Positions 37,017 through 46,911 of a stretch of 64,000 nt of DNA are shown piece after piece. Every line of letters starts with the position of its first letter. The stretch's first letter is position 1. The notes beneath the pieces are model-generated. The model did not search any database. It saw only the letters and a list, made by a program, of their open reading frames with translations, and was not told where the DNA came from. The DNA is from an uncultured bacterium (lineage in GTDB: Bacteria > Verrucomicrobiota > Kiritimatiellia > PWTM01). Where the stretch lies: assembly GCA_938010045.1 (NCBI GenBank), contig CALLFZ010000004.1, forward strand, positions 28,107 through 92,106, in the 5' to 3' direction. The translations under genes and the position numbers were made by a program.

Positions 37017-38540
37017 ATGCGACTGGCGGTTGTCTCGGACATTCACGCCAACCTGCCGGCCTGGCGCGCGGTGATCGCCGACGCGGTCGCGCGCGGAGCC
37101 GATGCGGTGATCTGCCTCGGCGATATTGTCGGCTACGGTCCCTGGCCCGCCGACGTGCTCGCCGAGGTGCGCACGCGCTGCCGTCTCTGCGTGCTCGGCA
37201 ACCACGACGCGGCGATGGTCGGCCGTTTCTCGCTGGAGCGATTTCGCCGCGGCGCGCGCCGCGCGGCGCGGTGGACCCGACGGCAGCTCAACGCCGACGC
37301 ACTCGAATTTCTACGGGGCCTGCCGCTCTCTGCGGAAGTGGATGACCTGCTCTTCGTGCACGCCGAAACCGCCGCACCGGAGGAGTTCGGCTATGTGGAC
37401 GACGAGGAGGATGCGGCCGTCTGCTTTCGCGCCACCGAGGCCCGGCTTGTCTTCATCGGCCACACGCACGTCCCCTCGCTGTTCGCGATGCGCGACGGAC
37501 GCGTCGAGCGCCTCTCCGCCGATGACCGTACGCTCGAGCCCAGCGTGCGCTACCTGATTGGGGTCGGATCGGTCGGCGACCCGCGCGACGGCGTGTCTGC
37601 CGCCTCGTACGTGTTCTTCGATGACGCGACCGAATCGCTCGAGTTTCGCCGCTGCGAGTTTGATCTGGCGACGTGCAAAGCGGCGTGGGCGGCCGTCCGC
37701 GATCTCGAGCCGCCCTACTTTCTCCGCGCGCACCGGGATACAGCGGCCGAGCGCGAAGCCGCGATCCGGGCGCCGAAGGTCGCCCAGCTGCGTGTGAAGG
37801 GTGTCCTTGCTCCGACGGTGCACCTGCACGCCACCGACCTGGCCGCGGCCGATACGGCGGCCACGCCACTCTCGCTAGCGGGTCAGGGGCGCGTGCGGCG
37901 CGTCTGGCCGCGAACGGTGGCCGGCCGCGTCGCGCTCGCGCTCATAGCGCTCGGCGCCTTCGCAGTGGGGCTGGCCCTCCGTGGCTCGCGCCCGCGCGCT
38001 CCGGCCGAGTCCGCCGCGACGGCGCCCGTGGGCGGCGCGCCATCCCGCGTGCCCGACGGTGCCGCCCCACCGGCGCCGCGCGTCCCGCCTCCACCCCGCG
38101 CGCCGGGAGAGATCGTGCTGGCCGCCGCCGCCGCGGACCGGTACGGCCAAACGTTCCGCATGGAAAATTTCGGCGGCGGACCTCACATCGGCCACTGGCA
38201 CAATGAACGGGACTATCTCGTCTGGCGCTTCCGCACGCCAAGCCCAGCAGAGTACGAAATAGGACTGGACTACGCGCTCGGCGGCCCGGTCGCGAGCAGC
38301 CGGGTGTTGATCGCCGTCGGCCGGCAAAGCCTTCGATTCGCGCTTCCCTCGACGGGCAATTGGAGCAACTTCACCGAGCGCGTCGTGGGTCATCTGCGGC
38401 TTCCCGCCGGCCTCACGGTGCTCGAAGTCCGGCCCGACGGCCGGCCGAGCTCGGGCATCATGAACCTCCGGTCGGTACGGCTGCGCGAGAGGCCGTCGGG
38501 CGCGACCGCCGAGCCGGACGACCGTGAGGACGTGCGCTGA
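37017..38540 (+). CDS. Calcineurin-like metallophosphoesterase fused via a TM helix to a carbohydrate-binding-like jelly-roll
   Basis: SDIHAN, LGDIVGYG, GNHD, GHTH, GSVG; TM VALALIALGAFAVGLAL; P/A linker; IGHW...YLVW...PSTGNWSNF...MNLRSVRL. Confidence 0.85.
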   Translation: MRLAVVSDIHANLPAWRAVIADAVARGADAVICLGDIVGYGPWPADVLAEVRTRCRLCVLGNHDAAMVGRFSLERFRRGARRAARWTRRQLNADALEFLRGLPLSAEVDDLLFVHAETAAPEEFGYVDDEEDAAVCFRATEARLVFIGHTHVPSLFAMRDGRVERLSADDRTLEPSVRYLIGVGSVGDPRDGVSAASYVFFDDATESLEFRRCEFDLATCKAAWAAVRDLEPPYFLRAHRDTAAEREAAIRAPKVAQLRVKGVLAPTVHLHATDLAAADTAATPLSLAGQGRVRRVWPRTVAGRVALALIALGAFAVGLALRGSRPRAPAESAATAPVGGAPSRVPDGAAPPAPRVPPPPRAPGEIVLAAAAADRYGQTFRMENFGGGPHIGHWHNERDYLVWRFRTPSPAEYEIGLDYALGGPVASSRVLIAVGRQSLRFALPSTGNWSNFTERVVGHLRLPAGLTVLEVRPDGRPSSGIMNLRSVRLRERPSGATAEPDDREDVR

Positions 38541-38568
38541 ACGCGCCGAGCCGCTACGATCACACGCG

Positions 38569-39171
38569 ATGATCACGTCCCTCGAAGGCCGGCTGGCGGA
38601 GAAGCATCCAACCCGCGTCGTCGTCGTGTGCGGCGGCGTCGGATACGAGGTGCACATTCCGCTTAGCAGCCACGACCGCCTGCCGGCGCTGGGCGCCGAG
38701 TGCCGAATCCTCACCCACCACCACGTCTGGGCCGACGGCCAGGCCCTATACGGCTTCGTAACCGAGGCCGAACGCGAGGTCTTCCGCCTGCTGCTCGAGG
38801 TCAGCGGCATCGGTCCCAAAACCGCGCTGAGCGCCCTCAGTGGCCTTTCCGTTCGGGACCTCATCGCCGCGATCGTGAACGGTGACGTGAAACGGCTCAC
38901 GACAATTTCCGGCATCGGCCGCAAAACAGCGGAGCGGATTGTCGTCGAGCTGCGCGATCGCATTTCGAAGGGCGATGCGCTGGCCGCGGTCACCGCTCCC
39001 GCCGGTGGGGCGGAGAGTTCCGACCCGCGCATCCGCGACGCGCTCGAGGCGCTCGTATCGCTTGGCTACAAGCTCGCCGAAGCCCAGTCCCTGCTCGCCG
39101 CGGTTCCACCGGAGATGGCGGCGGCGGCGGACGCTGGCGAACTCGTCCGGCTCGCCCTGCGCCACCGCTGA
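38569..39171 (+). CDS. ruvA: Holliday junction branch migration protein RuvA
   Basis: MITSLEG, GVGYEV, LYGF, VSGIGPKTAL, GIGRKTAERIVVEL, ALVSLGY. Confidence 0.96.
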   Translation: MITSLEGRLAEKHPTRVVVVCGGVGYEVHIPLSSHDRLPALGAECRILTHHHVWADGQALYGFVTEAEREVFRLLLEVSGIGPKTALSALSGLSVRDLIAAIVNGDVKRLTTISGIGRKTAERIVVELRDRISKGDALAAVTAPAGGAESSDPRIRDALEALVSLGYKLAEAQSLLAAVPPEMAAAADAGELVRLALRHR

Positions 39172-39953
39172 CGCCACCAAAGCTCAAGCCGCAAGCGCAC
39201 CGCGGCGATCGAACCACCCGGGACGAAGTGCGAGCAGCCGCGCAGACACCGCGCCGCCCTCATCGCCGACCTCGGCGCACACCACCACCGATCACAAAGC
39301 TGCGATCTCGGCTTTGCCCCACCCAGCTATAGCACACCCCACTGTAGTTTCGGCGATCTTCTGCCGAGACGAAGGAACCCTGGCCCTCGATGCGGCCGGC
39401 GCCGAACGAACTGGGAGCGCTGAGCCGGGCCGTCCCCTCGCAGGGTGCCGTCATCACCACGACGGCCATTGCCCACGTACGCGACTCCGCGGTCAGCCCA
39501 AGCGGTGCCGCGCTGTGCGCGGCGGCCCCCCACGCTCAACGCGGCGCTTGACACGCACGACGACAGGACCGCCCTCGCCGGATCGGCGACGGCGTTGGAG
39601 TCGCGGTTCGTGACCGCCGCCCATCCGACGCCATCCAGGTCGGCCGGATGTCGCACCGGGCGGGCCGCGGGCCCCGGTGGCCGCCCGAGACGCGCGGCAA
39701 CGATGCCCCCCACCCGCTGGTCAGTCTCATCCGGTTGGGCGCGCCACAGTCTTTGCGCGCACAGCGGCACGCTGGGGCGCGGCGGCAAGGCCCCCCAGAC
39801 CACAACGCCGCCTCGCCGGCCGTGCGCTGGTACAGACTGCTGCCGCGAGGGTGGACTTCCTGCCCGCCGGGGCAGCTGCTTGCAGGCTTCAAGGCCGCTG
39901 TTGTTCTCCCCCGGCCGCTCGGACTGCGAACGCCGATTCGAGCGGTCCGGTGT

Positions 39954-41318
39954 TCACACGCGGTTCGGCACCACGAACGGCGCACGATACTCGCGCGTGA
40001 GCATCGCGTTGGCCTCGGCGTCGTGTGGGAAGGTCATTGTTTCGGGATCGAACTCGAGCGCGCGCCCCAGTCGGTACGCGATGTTGCCAAGGTGCACCAG
40101 CGTAGACGAGAGAAACCCTTCCTCGATGCTCACGTTGAACGTGGCGGGATCGCCCGAGCGGATCGCGTCCACGAACACTTGATAGTGGTTGCCGATGCCC
40201 GACCCGGTTGGTCCCGGTTCACGCTGCTCGCCCATGAACGTCGCCCAGCGCGAGACATCCTTGACCATATACCCCTTGGATCCGAAGAAGAGATTGCCGA
40301 TCGTGTTGCCTGCGCTGGTCGCCGCGTACCCGGTGGTGTCCACCGGTCGCATCCACATCGCGTCCTCGCGGTTCGTGATCCAGCCGCGCACTTCGAATTG
40401 AAGGATCTTCTTCTTGTCGCCGCCGCCGGCGGGGCTCGGAAACTCGTAGGCGACGATCAGCACGTTGGGTGTCTGCTGATCGTCGTCGAACATCATGTGA
40501 CCGCCCGAGGCGACGATGCGCGTCGGCAACCGCACGCCCAGGCCCCAGCGCGCGATGTCCATCTCGTGCACGCCCTGGTTGCCGATGTCGCCGTTGCCGT
40601 AGTCCCAGTGCCAGTGCCAGTTGTAATGAAACCGGTTGCGGTTGAACGGTCGCTTCGGTGCCGGCCCGAGCCAGAGGTCATAGTCCACGCCCGGGGGCAC
40701 TGGTTCATCCGGGTAGCGGCCGATGGAGGGGCGCCACTTGTAGCAAATACCCTTCGCCATGTAGACCTCGCCGAGCCCGCCCTCATGTAGGAACTTGGCC
40801 ATGCTTTGCGCGCACGGGTTGCTGCGCTGCTCCGCGCCGTCCTGCACAATCACACGGTATTTGCGCGCTGCCTCCACAAGCTGGCGACCCTCGTACACGT
40901 TGTGGCAGCACGGCTTTTCGACGCTCACATGTTTGCCCGCCTGGATCGCCCAGATCGCGGCCAGCGCGTGCCAGTGGTTCGGCGTCACGATCGAGACGGC
41001 GTCGATGTCCTTGTCCTCATACAGCCGCCGCAGGTCGGTGTAGATCTTCGGCGCTGGGAGACCGCGTTTCGTGAAGTGTTGTTCGATGACCGGCGCGAAG
41101 AGGTTGGAGTCCGGGTCGCACAACGCCGCGACCTCCACCTGCGCGAGTTTCTGATATGCCTGTATGTGCGACTGGCCCATCCCGTGGATGCCGAGCACGG
41201 CCACGCGCACCCGATCATTCGCCCCCGCCCACGTGCGGCTCGTGCCCCAGAGCATTCCGCCCAGACCAAGACCCGTCTCCACCAGAAACCGTCGCCGGCG
41301 AACCTGCCGTGCCGTCAT
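39954..41318 (-). CDS. Gfo/Idh/MocA oxidoreductase with Tat signal
   Basis: RRRRFL twin-arginine signal; GGAGG RBS; TPNHWH, VEKP, DYDLWLGPAP, GDIGNQGVH. Confidence 0.92.
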   Translation of the reverse strand: MTARQVRRRRFLVETGLGLGGMLWGTSRTWAGANDRVRVAVLGIHGMGQSHIQAYQKLAQVEVAALCDPDSNLFAPVIEQHFTKRGLPAPKIYTDLRRLYEDKDIDAVSIVTPNHWHALAAIWAIQAGKHVSVEKPCCHNVYEGRQLVEAARKYRVIVQDGAEQRSNPCAQSMAKFLHEGGLGEVYMAKGICYKWRPSIGRYPDEPVPPGVDYDLWLGPAPKRPFNRNRFHYNWHWHWDYGNGDIGNQGVHEMDIARWGLGVRLPTRIVASGGHMMFDDDQQTPNVLIVAYEFPSPAGGGDKKKILQFEVRGWITNREDAMWMRPVDTTGYAATSAGNTIGNLFFGSKGYMVKDVSRWATFMGEQREPGPTGSGIGNHYQVFVDAIRSGDPATFNVSIEEGFLSSTLVHLGNIAYRLGRALEFDPETMTFPHDAEANAMLTREYRAPFVVPNRV

Positions 41319-41467
41319 CCGCACACCTCCGATTCGTACCGCTGGCCGATCACCTCCGCCAACTTCTTCTCGCGAATGCGACCACACCCACCTCCTCCGC
41401 GTCAATCCATCGGGCGCAAGTCGGTGCTCTCCTCGGCGCGGACGGAGGCCGAGTCTGGCCATGGGTT

Positions 41468-44083
41468 TCAATGTCCCGGCGCCCAGAACGGGCCGTTGGC
41501 CCGCTTTCCCTGTCCCAGGGCGGCTTCATCGGGACCGGCGGTCGCGTAGGCCGACGGCTTCGCCCGAACCAGAAGGTCGCCGTCGTCGAGCACACGAACC
41601 TCGAGCGGCACGATGGTGACGCCGTGAGGATTGATCGTCTGCGCGGTCTCGGAAAGGTCCCGCGTTTCGATTCCCTCCGCCGGCAGCGGCGGTACGTCGG
41701 CATTGAAGAACGCCGTGCACCACCACCGTCCTTCGCGATCCTGGAACGGCGTGCCATGACCCAGAAAACGTCCCACGAGCCGCCGCGGGCCATAGGGGCC
41801 CGTGATGCGATCGGCGACAGCATAGTATAGGTTATAGCTGCCTTTGCGCATCCGGCCGGTGGACCATCCCGTTCCGAACAGCACGTATCGGCCGTGGATT
41901 TTGCGGATGAGACAGCCTTCGTGGCCCATCTTGACGCCGTCGCGGGCCGGGCCGATGCGCACAGGCGCCGCGGCGAAGCCGGTCCAGTCCGGCCGAATCG
42001 GCGCAATCTCAGTGGCGCCCCACACCAGCCACCACACGCCGTCATCGTCGCGGAACAGCGAGGGATCGTGCCGCTGGCCGATCTCGACGCCCATCGGATT
42101 TTGCCAAGGGCCACGGAGTTCCGCTCCCTCGCTCAACGAAAGGTTCGAGCCGCGCACCGGGTATGGGCTCGTGTGCACGAGCGCCCACCGATCGCCCGTC
42201 CAGTGCAATTCCGGCGCCCAGAGCCGCCACGTGGGGCGCGGTGCCGCCGCAAACGCCGCCGGCTGTGCCGCGCTCCACACGCCATCGGTCAGCGAGTACA
42301 GCGCGCCGAGCGTCTCCCACGCGATCAGATCGCGGCTGCGCCACACCTGGACGTGCCATCCCACGCCGGACTCGTCGAAGAGCCCGCGGTTGTACGGTTC
42401 GCGGTGCTCAAGCGGATCGCCGGGCTCGAACGTTGTACCCGTGAGGTACCACCAACCGTCGGGGCCCGCGACGATGTAGGGATCGCGGATCCACCCCTCC
42501 CGAATGAGCACGGCGCGGTCGTGATCCCGCAGCGCCCGGGCAATCTCCTCGGGCGAGTCGGGCGGGCGCATCGCGATCCGCGGCGCGGGGCGCCCCACCG
42601 GCGGCCGAGGGTCGGGATACCGAGCGAGGATGCGCCCCAGTTCCCGGACGAGCTCCGGCCGGTCGGGTGCGAGATTGACGGTCTCTTCCGGGTCCTCCAT
42701 CAAATCGTAGAGTTCGATCTCCGCGCGGTCGGCCGGATCTTCGACTCGCCGCCATTCCACCAGCCGGTGCCGTTCCGTGCGCACCGCGCGCCCGAGCACT
42801 GGCCCGCGAGGGAACACGTGGAGCACATGATCGCGGACCCGCGCGGCCGGATCCCGCAACACCGGCAACAGACTGACGCCGTCCCGCGGCTGCGGTCCGC
42901 GCGGCGCGGGCAACCCGGCCAGTTCGCAGAGCGTGGCAAGGAGATCCACCGCGCCGGCCGGCTGACGGGTCACCCTCCCCGGCCGCGTCACACCGGGCGC
43001 GACCACAATCAGCGGCACGCGCGTGGCCTGCTCGTAGTTCGTGTGCTTTGTCCACAGACCGTGGTCGCCGAGGTGAAAGCCGTTATCGCCCCAGAGCACG
43101 ATGATCGTCTCCGACGCAAGGCCGAGCCCATCGACGGCGGCGAGCAACCGGCCAATCTGCGCATCCACATACGCGACGCTCGCGTAATAGCCGTGGATCA
43201 GCGTGCGCTCGACCTCCTCGCTCACCGTTCCGTCCTCGCCGATCGGCTCGTAGTTCGCGATCTCACCGCCGCGCTTGCCTGCGACCGCGGGCGCGCCGCG
43301 CGGCAGCGAACGGAGCGGCGGGCGCGGAAGCTTCGCGGGATCCACCCTCTCCCAGTAACGGCGCGGCACCGAGAACGGCAGGTGGGGACGCGCGAACCCC
43401 ACCGCGATGAAGAACGGCGTTCCCTCGCGGCGTGCCCGCTCCGCGGCGGCCTCGAGCCGCCGCACCGCCTCAGCCGCGACGCGACCATCGGCGTAGGCTT
43501 CGTCCGGCACCTCGGGCGATTCCCATGCCGGACCGCGCGGCAGCTCGCCCACCCGCCCCCGAGTCCAGTTTTCGAAGAGCGCTTCCTCTCGTGTCCGTCG
43601 CCCCCGCGTGCTCGCGGGATCGGCATACTCGATCACCTTGTCATCGAACGGCGGCACGCGGAACGACGATGGATCGCCCTCGTTGCCGTGGCCGATGTGG
43701 TACACCTTGCCGAGGGACTCGGTGCGGTATCCGCCGTACTGCGCAAGGTGCTGGGGCAGCGTGACCGCGTCCGGCAGCACCTCCCGGAGACGCTGCCCGA
43801 GCCCGTACAGGCCGGTCGAAGTCGAGTGGGCGCCGAGCATCAAATGAAACCGCGAAGGGGCACACACCGCCTGATGACAGTACGCGAGATCGAAGCGCAG
43901 TCCGCGCGCCGCCAGCGAGTCCATGTGCGGCGTCACCGCCGCGCGATCGCCATAGCAGCCGAGCGCCGGCTTCAGATCGTCCACGAGAATCAGCAGCACA
44001 TGCGAATGGCGCGGCGCCGCGCCCGCTGTGGCCGCGGCCACCGCCAGCGGCAGCCAACGCGTCCCGACGCCGAACTGAGCCAC
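41468..44083 (-). CDS. Secreted sulfatase (S1, iduronate-2-sulfatase-like) fused to a GH43-like beta-propeller
   Basis: VDDL, CAPSR formylglycine motif, GKVYH, PHLPF, WTKHTNYE; C-terminal IRDPYI, LWAPEL, HDPSLF, HEG, GHGTPF. Confidence 0.9.
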   Translation of the reverse strand: MAQFGVGTRWLPLAVAAATAGAAPRHSHVLLILVDDLKPALGCYGDRAAVTPHMDSLAARGLRFDLAYCHQAVCAPSRFHLMLGAHSTSTGLYGLGQRLREVLPDAVTLPQHLAQYGGYRTESLGKVYHIGHGNEGDPSSFRVPPFDDKVIEYADPASTRGRRTREEALFENWTRGRVGELPRGPAWESPEVPDEAYADGRVAAEAVRRLEAAAERARREGTPFFIAVGFARPHLPFSVPRRYWERVDPAKLPRPPLRSLPRGAPAVAGKRGGEIANYEPIGEDGTVSEEVERTLIHGYYASVAYVDAQIGRLLAAVDGLGLASETIIVLWGDNGFHLGDHGLWTKHTNYEQATRVPLIVVAPGVTRPGRVTRQPAGAVDLLATLCELAGLPAPRGPQPRDGVSLLPVLRDPAARVRDHVLHVFPRGPVLGRAVRTERHRLVEWRRVEDPADRAEIELYDLMEDPEETVNLAPDRPELVRELGRILARYPDPRPPVGRPAPRIAMRPPDSPEEIARALRDHDRAVLIREGWIRDPYIVAGPDGWWYLTGTTFEPGDPLEHREPYNRGLFDESGVGWHVQVWRSRDLIAWETLGALYSLTDGVWSAAQPAAFAAAPRPTWRLWAPELHWTGDRWALVHTSPYPVRGSNLSLSEGAELRGPWQNPMGVEIGQRHDPSLFRDDDGVWWLVWGATEIAPIRPDWTGFAAAPVRIGPARDGVKMGHEGCLIRKIHGRYVLFGTGWSTGRMRKGSYNLYYAVADRITGPYGPRRLVGRFLGHGTPFQDREGRWWCTAFFNADVPPLPAEGIETRDLSETAQTINPHGVTIVPLEVRVLDDGDLLVRAKPSAYATAGPDEAALGQGKRANGPFWAPGH

Positions 44084-44182
44084 GACGATCTCTCCTTGGT
44101 GCGAGGAGACGCCCGGCGCTCACGCCGCCGCAAAACGTCGCGCGCGACAACGCAAGCGCCCGCGCTCGGCGCGAACCGGTGG

Positions 44183-45427
44183 TCAGGCTCGCACTGCCTC
44201 GGCGTATTCTGCCTGAAGCTCAGGAAATGGCAAGAGTACCCTCGCCAGCACGCCGTGCAGGTGCGCGATGCAGACGCCATAGTTCGTGATCGCGACGCGG
44301 TCCCGCGCCGCGCGGTCGAGACGGCTCAGCATCTCGCGGCGCGTCAGCATGCAGGCGCCGCAATGGATGATGAGACGGTAGTCCGCCAGATCCGGCGGAT
44401 AGTCGCGTCCCGCCGCGACCTCGATTCTGAGATCGCGCCCGGTGTACTGCCTCAGCCAGCGCGGAATTTTCACCCGGCCAATGTCGTCCTCGAGCGCGTG
44501 ATGGCTGCATGCCTCGGCGATCAGTACGCGGTCGCCGTCCTCGAGCCGGTCCACCATGCCAACGCCCCGCACCGCCTCGGCCAGATTGCCTTTCAGACGC
44601 GCGAACAGGATCGAGAACGTCGTGCACCGCACCGACGGCGGGGTGTCGGCCACGACCTTCATCACGACCTGCGAGTCGCACACCACCAGGTCCGGAGGCG
44701 AGGGCAAGCGCGTGAGCACAGCCGCATACGCCCCCTCTTTGACCACCAGCCCGGCCGCGTCGTGATCGAGCAGGTCCCGTAGCGCCTGCACCTGGGGCAA
44801 GATCAAACGGCCCTTCGGCGCCTGACGATCAATCGGCACCACGAGCACCGCCAAACCGCCCGGGGGCACCAGATCACCCAACAGCGACGGAGAGCGAACG
44901 CGTTCCGGCGGCAGCGCCCGCTCCAGCGCTCGCTTCAGTTCCTCGAGCCGCGCGTCGCGATCCTCCCGCCGCACCGCGCTCAGCGCCACAACTCCCGCAC
45001 ACCGCCCGCGCAGCCGTTCAAGAAACGCCGCCGAAGGCGCCCGTTCGTCGCACTTATTCACGACAGCCACCACCGGCACGCCGCGACGGCCCGCTTCCGC
45101 CGCAACGCCCTCCTCGAATGCAGTCCACACGTCCGGCTCGACCACGAGCAGCGCAACGTCCGCTCGGTCGAATACCGTGCGCGCCCGTTCAACCCGCCGC
45201 GCGCCGAGCTCCGAGCGGTCGTCGAGCCCGCCCGTATCCAGCAGGGTGACGGGGCCCAGCGGCAACAGCTCGATCGGCTTCGCCACCACGTCGGTCGTCG
45301 TGCCGGGCACCGGCGAAACGATCGAGACGGACTGGTCGGCGATCCAGTTCACGAGGCTGGATTTTCCAACGTTCGCGCGACCAAAGACGCCGATCTGAAT
45401 CCGAAGACCGTTCGGCGAACCACTCAT
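44183..45427 (-). CDS. hydF: [FeFe]-hydrogenase H-cluster maturation GTPase HydF
   Basis: GRANVGKS, GTTTD, DTGG, NKCD, APKGRLILPQ, TTFSILFAR, CSHH...HCGAC cluster ligands. Confidence 0.95.
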   Translation of the reverse strand: MSGSPNGLRIQIGVFGRANVGKSSLVNWIADQSVSIVSPVPGTTTDVVAKPIELLPLGPVTLLDTGGLDDRSELGARRVERARTVFDRADVALLVVEPDVWTAFEEGVAAEAGRRGVPVVAVVNKCDERAPSAAFLERLRGRCAGVVALSAVRREDRDARLEELKRALERALPPERVRSPSLLGDLVPPGGLAVLVVPIDRQAPKGRLILPQVQALRDLLDHDAAGLVVKEGAYAAVLTRLPSPPDLVVCDSQVVMKVVADTPPSVRCTTFSILFARLKGNLAEAVRGVGMVDRLEDGDRVLIAEACSHHALEDDIGRVKIPRWLRQYTGRDLRIEVAAGRDYPPDLADYRLIIHCGACMLTRREMLSRLDRAARDRVAITNYGVCIAHLHGVLARVLLPFPELQAEYAEAVRA

Positions 45428-46434
45428 GGCTCCACTGCTCCACAGCGGGCCGCCGGCGACATCAGCCGGGCGGGCGACAACGCCTCGTCCACCACCGCCG
45501 CGCCGAGCCGCCGCACCTGCGCCGCGCGCACGTCCACGGGGCGCTCGCGGCGGATCTCAAGCGCCAGTTCCTCGGCGCGCCGATACCCGAGCCGCGGCAC
45601 CCACGCCGTGACCAGCGCCGAGCCGTGGTCCAGGCGCCGCCGGCACTCCGCCACGTCCACCTCAATCTCGCGTAGGTGCTCTGCCAGCACGCGCGCCGCC
45701 GCGCCCGTCAGATCCGCCGCCTCAAGCCACGCGTCGGCCAGCGCGGGCAAAACCTCGTTGCTCCACTCCGATCCTTGGGCGGCATCATCGCCCACCAGGC
45801 CGATCAGCACCGCCGCGCGCGTGACCGCGGAGATCACAGCCTCGAGAATCACCGGGTTCACCGTCCCCGGCATCAGCGACGACCCCACCTGCCGCGGTGG
45901 CAATCGCAGTTCGCCCGTGACATGCCGGATCCGCACGTCACGGGCCACTTTGCCGAGGTTCGCCGCGGCGGACGCGATCATACTGGCCGTTTCGACGAGG
46001 CTGTCGACGTTCGACGCGCCGTCCAGGCCGTTCTCCGCCCGGCTGAGACCATAGCCCGTCGGCTCGCGGAGCCGCTCGACGACGCGGAATACAGAGTCGC
46101 GCGGCGCCCCGATGCCCGTGCCGACCGCCGTTTCGCCCAGGTTGATGACGCGCAGCCGCTCCTCGCTCTCGTCGGCGCGCCAGCGATCGCGCGCGAACGC
46201 GTCCGCGTAGGCCCCGAACTCCGCCCCCAACACCACCGGCACCGCGTCCTGCCACTCTGTGCGCCCGATCGCCACAATGCCGACGAACGCGCACTCGCAG
46301 TCCTGCGCCGCGCTCTGCACCGCCGCGAAGTCGCCGCTCAACGCCCGCAGCGCCTCCGCCGGAACCGGCAGTTCGCCGAGAGCATCCCGCTCGATCCGTG
46401 TCGGCCCAGGGGCCTGAACTGAGCCCATGATCAT
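45424..46434 (-). pseudogene. aspA: Aspartate ammonia-lyase-like gene with a large in-frame deletion and mutated catalytic motif
   Basis: RIERDALGELPVPAEAL is joined almost directly to GRTEWQDAVP; GETAVGTG; GSSLMPGTVNP in place of GSSxMPGKVNP. Confidence 0.75.
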
Positions 46435-46911
46435 ATCGCGAACCTACCACAGCTGTACCGAACCCGCGACCGACCGCCGGCGGCGGGCTGCGCAATCGTT
46501 CCAACCTTTGGATGGCCAATGCCGCGACGCGTCCAATGCTTGGAGACTGCCCAACGCGGAACGGGTCGCGGGGCGCGGCGTGGCCTCGCTTCGCACCGTC
46601 CTCGACCCGGACGGCGACGGCGTGGGCCAACGCAGTTTGTCGTGCTCGCGGGCGGCGGCCCTCGGTAGCCCACTGCAGGCAAGCTGAAAGAACGAAACCA
46701 ACCAAATCGGCCAGAACGCCGCTGCGGCGCGACGAAAACGGGTCGTGGCGACATGAGACGCTCCCGAGCCAACTGCGCCGTGCGGAAATGAGCGGCCACT
46801 AGAGGCGTCGTCGAAGGGAGGCAAACATCGTTTACAACCCCGCGCCATTCACCGGTGGTTCTCCTCTGTACCCAGCCAACAACAATGATTCGACCCTCCA
46901 GCCCCGGCCGC

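Noticed and set aside
39172-39953. ORFs or structured RNA (tmRNA, RNase P, tRNA) in the gap after ruvA
   Set aside because: No conserved RNA signatures or protein motifs were recognised by eye.
1-41318. Two similar Gfo/Idh/MocA genes as a recent duplication
   Set aside because: They share family motifs but differ extensively elsewhere; multiple paralogues are usual in such genomes.
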